The position numbers were made by a program, and so were the translations under genes. Below the pieces are notes generated by a model. That model was given only the letters and a program-made list of their open reading frames with translations, was not told the origin of the DNA and made no database searches. Positions 39,371 through 51,751 of a stretch of DNA of 64,000 bases are shown in pieces. Within the stretch, counting starts at the first letter, position 1. Each line of letters begins with the position of its first letter. The DNA lies in the NCBI GenBank assembly GCA_036785375.1, contig JAWMAR010000015.1:3224001-3288000 (forward strand). The letters are read 5' to 3'. The DNA is from Leucoraja ocellata (taxonomy: Eukaryota).

Positions 39371-41879
39371 GTTCCAACACAAGACATTCGCATCAGGGGC
39401 TCAATGTTAATACCACCAGGTTCAGATATTCAAATAACTGCAAACCTGGATTTTAACAAATATCCCCTAATGTGGGACAAAACACATCTGAATGTCACTA
39501 AACTGAGGATATGGACACATTCCCTGGACTGTAGGACCACTAGTTGTGGCCAATTTATCCATTTGTTTTATGCAACTAGATTTCATTTTACTTGATAAAT
39601 AAACCTGGTCTACATGGCGAACATGGCTGTATTTTCACTCATTTGGAAAAGTATGACTCACCCCCCCCACCCACCCCCTCTCCAACTCATTGGCTATCAA
39701 ATGTAAATATTCATTTCAAACACACTTCGCAATGGCAAGGCTTCATCTCAACTTAATGAGAGCTAATATGAAACTTAATCTTGTTGGCAACCAGATCAAA
39801 CCGCACGACTGAGCCATGAGAAGCAAGCTTCCATTTTACACTCAGCTGTGTAATTGTCTTCCACCAGCAAAAACTCAAATTGTTTGAAAGAGATTGGAAT
39901 GGTTTTCGTTCATTCCCAAATGTTTTTTAGATCAGAAAAAATAATTTGAAACAATTTCCAAACTAAAGGTGGATAGCTTCAGCAAGATTCACAAAAATCT
40001 ACAATTGATATAACGTTTTTTAACAAAGTAAAATCTTCCAAGGCATTTCAAAAGTTAGGATCAGACAAGCTTCAAAGTGGTAGGTTTTCTAAAGTTTCTT
40101 GAAAGGAAGTGGAGGAGTAGAATAGTATGGGGGTGGGGGAATCCAGAGAATTGGAACAAGCAACTGAATGTGTAAACATCAAAATTATACAAGAACTACA
40201 TTGTAAGTTCAGTGATTTATAAGCAGTTATATATACACTTGTATATCCTTTGGAGGAAAGCATATAAATTTGGTAACATTTAGTGGTCAGAGATGATAAA
40301 TTGGATTGAAGGTTCAACATCCACATTCTGTCAAAGGCTAAAATCCATGAAGAGCAGATAGCCAAAAAAAGTTAAGCTATTGAACATTGATACAGCAGCA
40401 GCAATAGCCATCATTTCCAGCAGACCAAATCAGCAGAGGCACTCTGCCTTTAACAACACTCATATCATATCATCAATCGACAGCAATATTTCACAGGCTC
40501 AAATTGAAGAAATGAACCCAGAGACATGTGGCCTCTTCTCGAAAACAGTACAAAAGAGCCAAATTATACCTGCATCTGACCAAGGTTAATCCATAGAGAA
40601 GATTGGGACTGAAACAAGGCTTAAAGGGAGCTTTGTGGTAGTTAAACAAAGACGAATGAGTCAGTTAATGCCAACTAATCTGACATAGGTAGTAATTCTG
40701 CTTGCTTTAAACCATAAGGCAAGGTGATGAGTACTTTGCTCCAATTACACCAAACACTTAGCTTAAGTACTTGATATATTAAAATAATACAGCTGCATTA
40801 GGCCTCGGGGTATGTGTGTGTGTGTAATAGTATTTACCGTATAACTAGAGTCAGTCTGGATTCCCACTTGATGTTACATTAAAATATTTGAAATAAATTG
40901 TGGGAATGTTTTTAATTCTACTGTTAACTTGAGAATATAAAAATGAACTTTGCAAATCAGATTAACGTTCAAATTTAGGATTTATCCTCAATATTATTTG
41001 ATATCTTGAAGAGAATCCCAGAGAGCAGCCTCCACCTGATCAGTACGAGGCTACTTCATGAAAGAGTGGGATTCTTCCACAACTGAAGCAGAGAAGTCCA
41101 CAGCAGCTCTGGGAGTGCTGGTTAATTAAAGCTGCTCATTTCATGCCATATTTTGTAAATTATTAATTAGAAATCATCATCATGGGAACTCAAACTCTGA
41201 GGAAGTAGCTGAACTGGAAGAGATGGGGCAATGGTCTCACTGAATGCATGTTCCATGGGAAAGATAAGTTTGTGAGATACTGATTGCCAGTGGGGCATGT
41301 GATTGGCAAGGATATAAAAAAATTGAGAAAAGACTATCATTAATGGTAGCACATTCATATTTCCTCCATCTGAAACTTGTAAAAAAAAAGGGCATCTGCA
41401 GAAATCAGTCTTTGAAACATTAATTTTTTGCATGTGTTCATCTTGAAATTATCTGGAATATTTTCACACACTTGATCAGTATGCAATACCATCTTTAACC
41501 CTGTGCACCATGGTGTTACTTTTGGAACCATATGTAATGGGGGTTGGAGTAGGTGGAAGATTATTTAAGAAAATATTAAATGATACGTGACGAGTCCCAA
41601 ACTGAAACATGATTTATCCATGTTCTCCGGAAATGCTGCCTGGCCTGCTGAGTTACTCCAGCACTGCGTGTTTTCCTGTTTATACATGTGACCGGTTTGG
41701 CATTATAATCTATTTTGTGCAAATGCAAGCTAAGCCTCTTTGATGGCAAAGATGAATAAGTTTCCTCTTAAGGTATGAAAATCTTAACGTCAAATATCAT
41801 GGTAAACGTCAACAATAATTCTCAGGAACAGTTTATTCCTCTGCAAGTGCAAACTCTTTCCATGTATACATGTAAACTT

Positions 41880-42010
41880 ATAGGGGTGGGAGATTGCAAC
41901 CTTTAAGTGGTCCGCCCTGTTTCGACGAATGCAATCAACTTGGTGTGCACAATCAAATAGAACAAGTTGTCTGGCAACTTTAGGCGGTGCACGCCCTACG
42001 CAAGAAGTAA
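41880..42010 (+). mobile_element. Short CpG-containing retroelement 3' fragment (possibly RTE-like, gaa tail)
   Basis: gtgcacgccctacgcaagaag end with internal gtgcac repeat; composition differs from flanks. Confidence 0.35.
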
Positions 42011-43373
42011 ACTTATAGAAAAAAGTGACCATTTCCAAATTCACAGTTTGCAGTGTTGACTGTATCACCAAGTTATTTACAGATGGAATGGGTGTATACA
42101 GTATATTAGAGCTGAACCATCTTGTTAGAAAAGGCAACCCAGGTTCTTGATTTCAGCATTCAAGAGCAGATTATTTTTATTCAGTACATTTTAACGATTG
42201 CAGGAAAATATGTTCAAGTCTGGGATCAATTTTAAAAGTGGAAATTTGATTGCTACCATAGGAGAACTACACACAAGGCTTCATTTAGTTTAGATTAAAT
42301 TACCTTCAGGAAGGATAGGATAAGGGTAGGTGGGGTGTGCAACAAGGAACCCCTCCACAGTAGAACTATATATCTGCGGGGGGGGGGGTCATTGAAAAGG
42401 GAAGGTGCCTCAATGTCAGAAAGGAAAATATTCCCAGACATTTTGGAGAAGAATTCCATGTCCTTAAATGTATTAGACATGTCCATTGGTGCTTTACACA
42501 GGAGGCCAATTCCTAAGACAATGTACAAGTGTTTAAAATAAACATCTGTTCCTTCTAGAAAAATAAGATTTCTTGGTCAGAAGTTTATGATTATCAACAT
42601 GGGCAGCGCATTAAAATTACTTCAGCTGCATGTCAGGGCAAATAACAGTGTTTCACATTTAGTATGCTTCCAATGACACTTGCCCATGATCCTTATTGCT
42701 CATGTTAGGGGAAATTAGTTTGATCATTTTGTTTAAAATTTCACTGGTTTATTCTGTAAAAAAAGGATATGCACATTCAGTTGGATTTTGCATTTAGTAT
42801 TCAACTTTCTCACCCATGATCCGAGGTGTTCTAGTTGTATGAAGCACAGTAATGTTAGCTGAAAATTAATAAATGTATCATCAAGATAGGTGCAGGAGCT
42901 GAGGGAGATGTTAAATATGCAAATTTAAATCTCAACTACTGAAAAACTAAATGTTCCCACCTGGATTTATGCCAGTAAAACTAACTTTACATGGAAAATG
43001 TCCATTTAAGGCACTTTGGTCAATTTAAAATAAATTGCAGCATCAGAGTTTGCAGGGTTTTTTTTTTTAAATGAAGAACAAACCCACTGTATGGAAAGAA
43101 ATCCTCTCTTACTAGTGAGGGGGGGGGGGGGAGGGAAGAAAGAGATATTATTGTCTCTATGGGCTCATCATTGGCAAAGTTAGGATAATACATGTGCTAA
43201 AGGGCAAATAGTAAAGGCAGTTCACATCTTTGAAACAAAATATTACTCCAGACCTTAGTGATGCTCTAGTTTTTGGAAAGCTATGCAGAACTTAATTTTG
43301 CAATCCTTTATACCTAAAGTGCAGCAACAATACTGTCCATTCAAAAACACCAACCAACAGTGCAGAATATATC

Positions 43374-43379
43374 TTTATT
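43374..43379 (-). terminator. CAPRIN2: Probable CAPRIN2 polyadenylation signal AATAAA, about 290 nt after the stop codon
   Basis: tttatt on the + strand; on the minus strand it is followed by a GU-rich element (ctgttggttggtgtttttg, about 43340-43360). Confidence 0.6.
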
Positions 43380-43668
43380 GAGGCACCATGAGGCATTGTA
43401 AATAGCAGGATCTCTTGCAAAGTAAATTTATCATTTTGACATCACATAAGTTGTCATTGACCAACAAGTGCAAGACGCGTTCTGTAACAAAATATATTTG
43501 CAGCTCTACTAGCAAGGCATCACAGGTTAAAGTGCCCAGTTAGTGCAAACCAAAACCCCAGAAAACCACCGTGACATTTTAACAAGTCATCCCTGGCAAC
43601 TCACTTCAAATTGTGACCTTAAGTTACAGTGATCAGAGTGCAAAGCATTTTAGCTATTGGAGCACATT

Positions 43669-44237
43669 TCAGTCCTGATACAAGAGGTATCCAGAGAAGG
43701 TAGAATATTTCCAGCTGCTTCCATAGATGGCACCTCTATGCAATCGCAGCCAGATTTGATCTCCATGGATAAGCTGCAGAACAGCATGGTTGCTGGCAGT
43801 CTCATGATCGGGGGCACCATCATTGGCATAAGCAGAGCATAGGACTTCGTCATTCTTCATCAAATTTACATAGAGAGGCACATTCACAGCCAACTTCAAC
43901 ATGTGAAAGATGAAGACATAAGTGCCATTCACAGGACAAGTAAATCGCCCCAACTGGAAGTCAAACGTTTCTCCGAGGTTATTGAGCAGTAGATCAAAGA
44001 TAATGGGCTGGTCTAGTGATCCAGGGGCAAAGTTAGAGGTCCTTGCTGTAGAGAAGGCCACTCTCATCTGCTGAGGAAGAGGATAAATGTGCACTGGCAA
44101 GAGGGTGGTAGCTTGGCTGGTCACTGGCATATCCACTGGAGTAAGGCTTCGAGAGTCTCCTTGGCCAGAATCCACACTGTGGAAATGCTCATTGTCTCGT
44201 TCTGGACTGCTCAGCTGAGATGAATCGCTCCAACCAG
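43669..44237 (-). CDS. CAPRIN2: Caprin-2 last coding exon with the C1q domain (AGWSDSSQLSSPERD...QQMRVAFSTARTSN...YSTFSGYLLYQD*)
   Basis: Near-identical to the recalled human CAPRIN2 C-terminus; TGA at 43669-43671; cag acceptor at 44238-44240 (alternative in-frame acceptor at 44255). Confidence 0.96.
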
Positions 44238-45369
44238 CTGTCACGTAATTAAGACCTGTTTGGGTTGAGAAACCTTGCACTCTGCTTATAGAGTTACCAC
44301 ATTTTACCATGATCTAAACAATTAACAGAAATCTCTTAACTAGACATTAAGTGGGCTTTAGAAACAAATGATTAAACACAGCTCTGGTACATTGTTTTAA
44401 GTTCTTCATAGCTCATTCCTGTTCATCACTTAATTCTACAAATGTGATTTAAAATTGCATCAATTAGAAAGTATCTGCATTATGGGTGGAGGATTAGCAC
44501 AGTTTGCAAAAATAAAATGCACCAGCCACTTTAATTTAATTTTATGATTTGTTACATGGGATAAAAAGGATGCCAAACAAAATGGAAACGTGATCAATCT
44601 GTGTAATTAAAGTGGCATTAGAATCGAAATCAGACGTTACAAACCATTACTTAATTTTGTTTGAAGATACTGTGCCCAAAGGACCCATGGTGAACATCCC
44701 AGATTGAAAAAAAATGCAACGTAACCCAGTATATCCTTCAGTTTGAGAGAACCATAACCTGTGCTTGAAGCAGAAAAGCACTTCAACTATAACCAAAGTA
44801 ATAGACTATTTCACACAGTTTATAGACATCAGCAAACATTCTCCCATAGTCTCATCCATAGTAGTGTCCACAAAGTTGAAAGATATGCATTATTGGGATT
44901 GACATAATGTAGCCTACAGCTAAATGTTCAGGACAGATAATGTACTGTTGATTGAAGTGCTAGCAAAGGGACACTTCTTCCAAGTTAAGGAAAATTAATA
45001 TCTGGAACAATGAGATTAAGATTGAATTTCTTTCCAAGGAGGAAACTGTACCATGAAGGCACAAGTGTGAAGTTTAACAAACCATGATCAAGCTGCTCAT
45101 AGTGTTTCTGGAAAATGTTGAGACACTCTCTAGTATCATAAACCATTGTTTGATAATCAAAATAAGTTTCTTCCAATCCAGACCCTTTGAACATGGAGGA
45201 GTTTAATCAATAGATTACATCTCACTAGTACTCATACATTTAATGCAATTCTGATGCAATCGTCATTGATTAACTGCGCACATTAGATTAAGGTCTGCAT
45301 CCCCAAGAGGGATTTTAACAATTCTGTACCCATCCCTTTGTTAAGAAAACATGGTATCTATGAGAGATA

Positions 45370-45695
45370 TTGCCTCAAAAGCCAGCATTCATCAATTATC
45401 ACCAACATCCAGGCTACGCCCTCTTGTTGATACACTCGGGTAGGAATTACCAGCTACTGTTTTACAACTACCAACTCAATCCAACCTCAACAACAAAACA
45501 TTACAAACCATCTCTTGCATTACCATGGACTTTTCCAGTTGTTATTTTGCCCCAATGTCTTTTTTCCTCCATCCATATCTTTTTGTTTTTACTTTGCAGA
45601 CTTGTGCAAAATAATTTAATGTTCTTTGTTGTCAGAATCTGTGCCTGTGGTGCTGCAGCAAGATTCTCATGATACATTATAAACTCAACTTGACA
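45370..45695 (+). mobile_element. Degenerate Rex1/Babar-like LINE 3' fragment
   Basis: aaaagccagcattcatc...catccaggctacgccctctt...cgggtaggaa; tail tgaca. Confidence 0.5.
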
Positions 45696-46457
45696 AGACA
45701 AATCAATGGTTTGGAAACATGGCAAGGGATGTTGGTTGCTCATTGAAGTAGATTGAATGTGGAGCAAAAGAATAAAAATATATTTTAAACAGTGGACTAT
45801 GATCAGTGTTGCAAGGAGCATTCCATCCAAATCTTGAATACCTCCATCCTGCAAAGAAAGCTCATATCTAACTAACAAGCACTTTAATACAATCTCATTA
45901 ATGTTTTGGTATTGTAATGCAAATGTAGTTTAACTTTTAAGTTCAAGGAAGGTGCAGTCTGATGAAAGGAAAAGATTTTAAAGTGTTCAACACAACTCAT
46001 GTTTTGCAGAAACTCTAGTCACCAGATCAAGTTATAATCAACTGTTGAAACAAAATTCCATCTACCACTTACTAGTGTTTACTGAAGAGACATTATTTTT
46101 CAACTGTAGATTCAATTGCGATTGAATTGCCAAATCCCAAGTACAAGTTAGATTTTGTGTTTGATCTGGGGATCAGGGTGGGAAGCAAAAGGTGGAGATG
46201 CAGAAACTTCAGCACCAAGTATTGATAGGAAGTTAATGACATTTTGAAAGTACAGTTTACATCCTAACACTATCATATGGCTTGCAAAATTAAGAGGATT
46301 TTTTTTGTAATGGAAGGTGGACATTTGCAATAATCTAGAAAGTTACAGTATTATCCTCTATTCTGCCATTCATGAACACTGCAAGTTACAAGAGAAAAAT
46401 TAATAATTCCTCAGATGGCCAAGCTTTGAAGCTACAGGAACTTTAGAAGAAAGCCCA

Positions 46458-46705
46458 GAGGCACAATTGGTAATGCCATTGCTTCAATGCCAGAGACTCA
46501 AATTCAATTCCAAACTCAAGTGCTGCCTGTGTGGAGTCCACACATTCTCATTGTTCCTGCATCCCACATCCCAAAGACATGCGATCATGTGGCAGAATCT
46601 GCAGCAAGTTGCAGAAAAATTGGATTTTATGTAGGATTAGTGCAAATTGGGTGGTGACAGCGTGGATTCTGTGGGCCTGTTTTTGTATTGTGTCCCTCCA
46701 TTACA
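46458..46705 (+). mobile_element. Old V-SINE
   Basis: gccagagac...gtgctgcctgtgtggagt...cccacatcccaaagac. Confidence 0.65.
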
Positions 46706-47055
46706 GAGTGCTGTTGCCAGTAGACTAAAGCCTGTCAAGTCCATGTGGCAGCTGGTGTGCAACACGTTGAATGAACTACTACCTTCTTCCCCAAAACTGG
46801 AGCAGTCAACCTCAACTAATGTACAAAGCAGCAGCAGGGGCAGAAATCATTCAAGCATTTCACTTGCTCAATTCGAGCGATATGGCCCTGAAAAGAAACT
46901 CATCCCATGGTGCTAGTAATGCAATTAGTCCTGCATTTGGAATCTGATTGTGGAAGGATGATAGTTAGCAAGCTGCTGGTAAAGTGTCTTGTAATGCAGA
47001 ATGAGAGCTAGCAGCTGACATTTATAGCAACGTAAACAAATTCAGTAATGAGTAA

Positions 47056-47747
47056 AGGCCGTGTCCCACTTGCGTGTCCCTGGCACACAACTTACTCGAC
47101 CTCGTCGTCGCGTTGAGACACACGGGCATCGTGTGGCCACGCGGGGCCGGTCCCACTGAGAAGCGCAGAGGGGTATGTAGTTGTGCTCAGTATCGCGTGG
47201 CGCTCAGAAATTTTGCAGCGAACAAAATCTTTGCGCGCCACCGACCTGTCGGATAACTGACGGCCAAAGTGGGACGGGCCCAAGACCCTGGCGCGACGCA
47301 ATGTCTCATCTCCAACAGCAGCAGAAGCAGGCAAACGATCGCCGAGCTCGGCCTGGGCCTCACGGCCGTTGCGGTCCGAATCCGCCCCCACTTCTACTCC
47401 CAGAACGGGGCCAAGAAAATTGAAGATGGACACAAGATGCTGGAGTAACTCAGCGGGACCGGCAGCATCTCTGGAGAGAAGAAATGGATGACGTTTCGGG
47501 TCAAGACCCTTCTTTCAGACAGAAGGGTCTCGACCCGAAACATCGCCCATTGCTTCTCTCCTGAGATGCTGCCGGTCCCGCTGAACTTTACTCCTGCATT
47601 TTGTGTCCATCTTCAAATGACATCACCCACTCCAGGCGGCTGTGTGGACGCATGAAGTCACACGCGACCTTCGCAGGACCGTCACGCCTCAATGCGACCA
47701 TGAGGTCTTGTAATTAGCGTGCCAAGGACACGCACGTAGGACGGGCT
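47056..47747. mobile_element. PIF/Harbinger-like MITE, family B, containing a hammerhead-type foldback
   Basis: About 38-bp imperfect TIRs (aggccgtgtcccacttgcgtgtccctggcac / gtgccaaggacacgcacgtaggacgggct), TAA at 47053-47055 and 47748-47750. Confidence 0.85.
47420..47616. repeat. About 197-bp near-perfect hairpin (Penelope terminal-repeat foldback) nested in the MITE
   Basis: ttgaagatggacacaa...cagcgggaccggcagcatctc pairs with gagatgctgccggtcccgctg...ttgtgtccatcttcaa. Confidence 0.9.
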
Positions 47748-48699
47748 TAAATCTAGTGCTTGTGGGTTGTGTTTGGGGGAGAAGATAAATGTCACTAAAA
47801 AAAAAAAAATTGGGAGTAGGACCTCAAGTTGCAGAATGTACTCCAAATGATAGACACATTGTAATTCCACCACTCAAAAACTACCAACCCAGTGTATTGG
47901 TAGTCAAGTCGCAGCAAGTTGATATGCCCAAGACTGAAAGCATTCCAATATTGCTTCATTATAAAGCCCTTCATGAAAATTAAAACATCAATCCAATATG
48001 CAAATAGGAGCAGGAGTAGGCTGCCTGGCCAAGGTCTACCTGGCAATCAGCATCACAGATTATTGTTAATTTATGCATGCTAGATCATCATGGCCCTCGC
48101 TCAAAATATACTGTTGCTTTAAATATGCAAGGTTCTACCTTACACTACTCTGCCAGTGAATTCCAGAGATTCACCATCAAGAAGTTTCTACATGCCTCGG
48201 TATTAAGGGAGCAGTCATTTATGGCTCAATGCTTGCAAATCTCCCACTTGCATCTACCCCATCATTCCCTCTTAGGATTTTGCAGTTCAATAAGATCACT
48301 CCTCATTCTCAAACTTTAAACAGTAAAAATCCAATGCTACGCCTGGAAATCCAACTTAGTTTTCAACAAACCTTGAAATTTTCATCTCCACACCAATCCA
48401 AAATAAACACGTGGATCATATTTCTGCAGATGCAACCTCATTAAGATTTAAATCTTATTGATTTCACATCAACCTACCATTTAAATTAAAACCTCACTAG
48501 CGTGACCCACGTTATGATTTAATAATGGGAACAAACTGAATATTTCTACTTTAATATCAGGAAACTAAACCACATTTATTCCATGTGAAATCCCTTACTA
48601 TAGATGAAAAGATATAATATTTTCTGCATACAATATTCAATTTTATGGTAGATAGAGTAGGCTGGGTGTATGATCTAAAAAAAATTAACATCCAGATTA

Positions 48700-49003
48700 G
48701 AAACTGACATAGGCACAGGAGTAGGCCATTCGGCCCTTCGAGCCAGCACCGCCATTCAATATGATCACGGCTGATCATTTAAATTCTGTACCTGGTTCCT
48801 GCTGTTTCCCCCCATATCCCTTGATTTCTTTAGCCCCAAGAGCTAGATCTAACTCGCTCTTGAAGACATCCAGTGAACTAGCCTCCACTGCCTTCTGTGG
48901 CAGAGACTTCCACAGATTCATAACTCTGGGTGAAGAAGATTTTCCTCATCTCAGTCCTAAATGCCCTACCACTTATTCTTAAACTGTGACCCCTGGTTCT
49001 GGA
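48700..49003 (-). mobile_element. CR1/HER1-type LINE 3' end
   Basis: aggagtaggccattcggcccttcgagccagcaccgccattcaat...tgtgacccctggttctgga. Confidence 0.85.
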
Positions 49004-49341
49004 TTAAGAGGTGTTGAGGGACCAATTGATCTTTGGACCAAACTGCATGCTCTGCCAGTTCTAAAAGAATGCACCTCAACTCTGATGCAATGCAGATCAT
49101 AGAACCACAAGTAATTTGCATTGCACAATATGCTTGATATTGTATCCACTTGCTTATGATTAATTGCACTACATCTAACCAACAAAAACAATGGAGGAAG
49201 GAGATGAGGATGTGTTAAATTCAAAAACGGAATAAGTCAATAGCGCAAAGTCCTGTACATCAAATTTGTCAATCTCAGAAGGTACTAAAAATGTGGTTCT
49301 GAATTAAGTGGCCCCAGATAAAGATGTCATTAGATAATTAC

Positions 49342-49408
49342 CTCCTCTCATCGTCCCACGAGGGCCAACTCCTACACTACGTTTGTAGTTCTGCTGGTAA
49401 CCAGATTC
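49342..49408 (-). CDS. CAPRIN2: Caprin-2 penultimate exon (ESGYQQNYKRSVGVGPRGTMRG)
   Basis: cag/gtaat boundaries, 67 nt, phase 0-1; resembles human DNFQQCYKRGGTSGGPRANSR. Confidence 0.88.
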
Positions 49409-49659
49409 CTGCAAAGCATAGACATTACGCTTGTTAAATAAAGTGCATCCATGTATTATGCAGATTGAGCAAGACAGCACAATAGAAGCATCTACCATTT
49501 ACATTCATGCAAATTGTACATCGCAACTAATTTAACTTTAGCAGTTAATTTGTATTTATATTGTCTGGTATAGTACCAAGAGCATTTGGATGTACCAAGC
49601 TTTGATCATTAGCTACTGGGAGATATTACTAGACTTGAAAAAAAAGTTTACATTATATA

Positions 49660-49835
49660 GAAAGACAATGCTCAAGGAACTCAATGCGCCAGGCAGCATC
49701 TGTGGTGGAGAATTCTTCGGTCTGAAGGGTTCCAGATCCTAATTGTCTGTCCAGATCCAGACTGAAAATGACTGTCCTCCATAAATGCTGCGAGTTATTC
49801 CAACATGGTTCAGCTTAAGATTACAGTATCTGTAG
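49660..49835. mobile_element. Old Penelope-derived foldback element
   Basis: atgctcaaggaactcaa...aggcagcatc...gtctgaagggttcc...atgctgcgagttattccaacat. Confidence 0.55.
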
Positions 49836-49978
49836 CTTCGCATTTGCACAAAGTTTAATATTCATATTCCATAACTGTCTTTAGAAACACCAAATCCCCA
49901 AGTACTGATCAGTCAGGCAGTCTTTAATATTCAGTAATATTAACAGTTTGGTTGCCTTTGATCAATTAGAATAATTAA

Positions 49979-50291
49979 AGGGCCTGTCCCACTGTACGAG
50001 GTAAATCAAGAGTTCTCCCGAGTCTCCCCCCCGATTCGAACTCTGTCTGTAGTGGCTCGTACGAGTAACAGTAGTTACTTGGGAAATCCGGTAATCTCGT
50101 GACGTTATTTCAACAGTGAAGAATGTCCATGAGTAAAAAATAGTGATGAAAAAAATGTTACTTTTTACTCATACGAGCCGCTACAAGACATCCACGAACT
50201 CCTACGGACCCGCTACAGACATTCTCCGAGTTCGAATGAGGGGAAAACTCAGGAGAACTCTTGAATTACCTCGTACAGTGGGACAGGCCCT
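49979..50291. mobile_element. PIF/Harbinger-like MITE, family C, with long TIRs
   Basis: agggcctgtcccactgtacgaggtaa perfectly inverted at the right end, imperfect TIR extending about 65 bp; flanks TAA / TTA. Confidence 0.9.
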
Positions 50292-51274
50292 TTATGCACA
50301 AAACAAGAGCCAACAGAAAAAACAAACATCCCTTGTAAAAGCTTAGGTTACCAGCAGAGTATGTGGTTTGATGAAGCTCATGTTTGTTGATCTAGGTCGC
50401 TAAGTCATACGTTGAATACACAAACTAAACTAATTTTATGGTGGCAGAAGTGCAAGAAATGCAAATTGCAGCTACAAGTAAATATATTTGGAAATAATGA
50501 GTAACTTCCAAAAGTGCAGTCAAATATTCCATACTAAGCAATTTAGAGCATATTCACACGTTTCACAACAGAACTTATTTAAAATAGAGGTATGGGGTAC
50601 AGGAGAGCAAAAAAAAATGTTAAAGTCAAGTTGCTCATGTAGCCAGACACATGGAGATTACTGGAAGGGAATATTAAAATTCCTATCGGAATGCCTTGTG
50701 TGCTTTGTACTTTAAAAACTAAAGTCATTCCAGTTCAAATGCACATTTGCAGGAATTGGTTAACTTTAAAAACTATCTTCCTAAAGTTCTCCAACACTAG
50801 GATCTTTCTTGACATCAGGTCTGGATCTGCCATTGGATCATTTTCCTTTGTAACTATTCCCAGGTTGTAAATTGATTAGAATTACATTGTATCACTGACT
50901 TCCAACTTTAAGAGGATGGTGAGCATTTGAAAAAAATGTCCTCCCAAAATTCTGATATTGTCCAAATATTGGTGATTGGATCAATATTAGGAGCTATTAT
51001 AAAAAGCAATAAGAGCAGAGCTTTAGTAATAATTATTCACATGACAAATGCCAGAAAATAAATTTTGATTGGAGGTTCCATCGAGAACAAATTCAATAAA
51101 GTTTCTCATAATTTGCCAACTGAAGTTACCAACAATTCCAAATCTCAAGGACCAGAAATCCTTTAAAAACATTCTTTAATTGGTTCCTCTTGAAGTAAAA
51201 TAGAATGAAGCTGGTCAAATCAGTTAGCTTATCGTAAAAGTGTGCAAATTTCATAATTTCACTGCATTTCTTAC

Positions 51275-51369
51275 CCTTGTTGTGTATGGCATCCCTGCAT
51301 ATTCTCTATTTGGGAAAGGTCCATAAGTTCCATTGGCAGGAATGGGAATTCCTCTGTATCCATCATATC
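51275..51369 (-). CDS. CAPRIN2: Caprin-2 exon (GYDGYRGIPIPANGTYGPFPNREYAGMPYTTR)
   Basis: tag/gtaag boundaries, 95 nt, phase 1-0; Caprin HR-2-like. Confidence 0.88.
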
Positions 51370-51415
51370 CTAGTGAAAGAAAACAAGGATTCAAGTTCCA
51401 TGTAGAATATAGTAA

Positions 51416-51751
51416 TGGGCTTGTCCCACTTACGCAACTTTTTCAGCGACTACCGGCACTAGTCATAGTTTGTTGCAGGTTGCCAAAAATTTAACATGTT
51501 GAAAATGCAACAGTGACCCGAAAGACACTACGACACTTTGGGCGATTGAGACTGCTCACAACCATACAAGCGACACCCCGGCGACATGTTGCAGGGTGAA
51601 GCCTGTATGATCGTGAGTAGTCGCCCAAAGAGTCGTACTTTGTTCTGGTCGTTGCTGGATTTTCAACGTGTTGAAATTTTTCTGCGACCTGTAACGACCT
51701 ATGACAGGTGCCAGCAGTCGCCGGAAAGGTTGCGCAAGTGGTACAGGCCAA
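51416..51751. mobile_element. PIF/Harbinger-like MITE, family D
   Basis: TIRs tgggcttgtcccacttacgcaac / gttgcgcaagtggtacaggccaa; TAA at 51413-51415 and 51752-51754. Confidence 0.85.

Noticed and set aside
43669-44310. Stand-alone 213-aa single-exon C1q gene
   Set aside because: Homology begins at a splice acceptor and phase-compatible upstream CAPRIN2 exons exist; the first 24 aa are most likely intron
47074-47433. ORFs of 60-113 aa in a GC-rich patch
   Set aside because: Interior of a non-coding MITE with no transposase motifs
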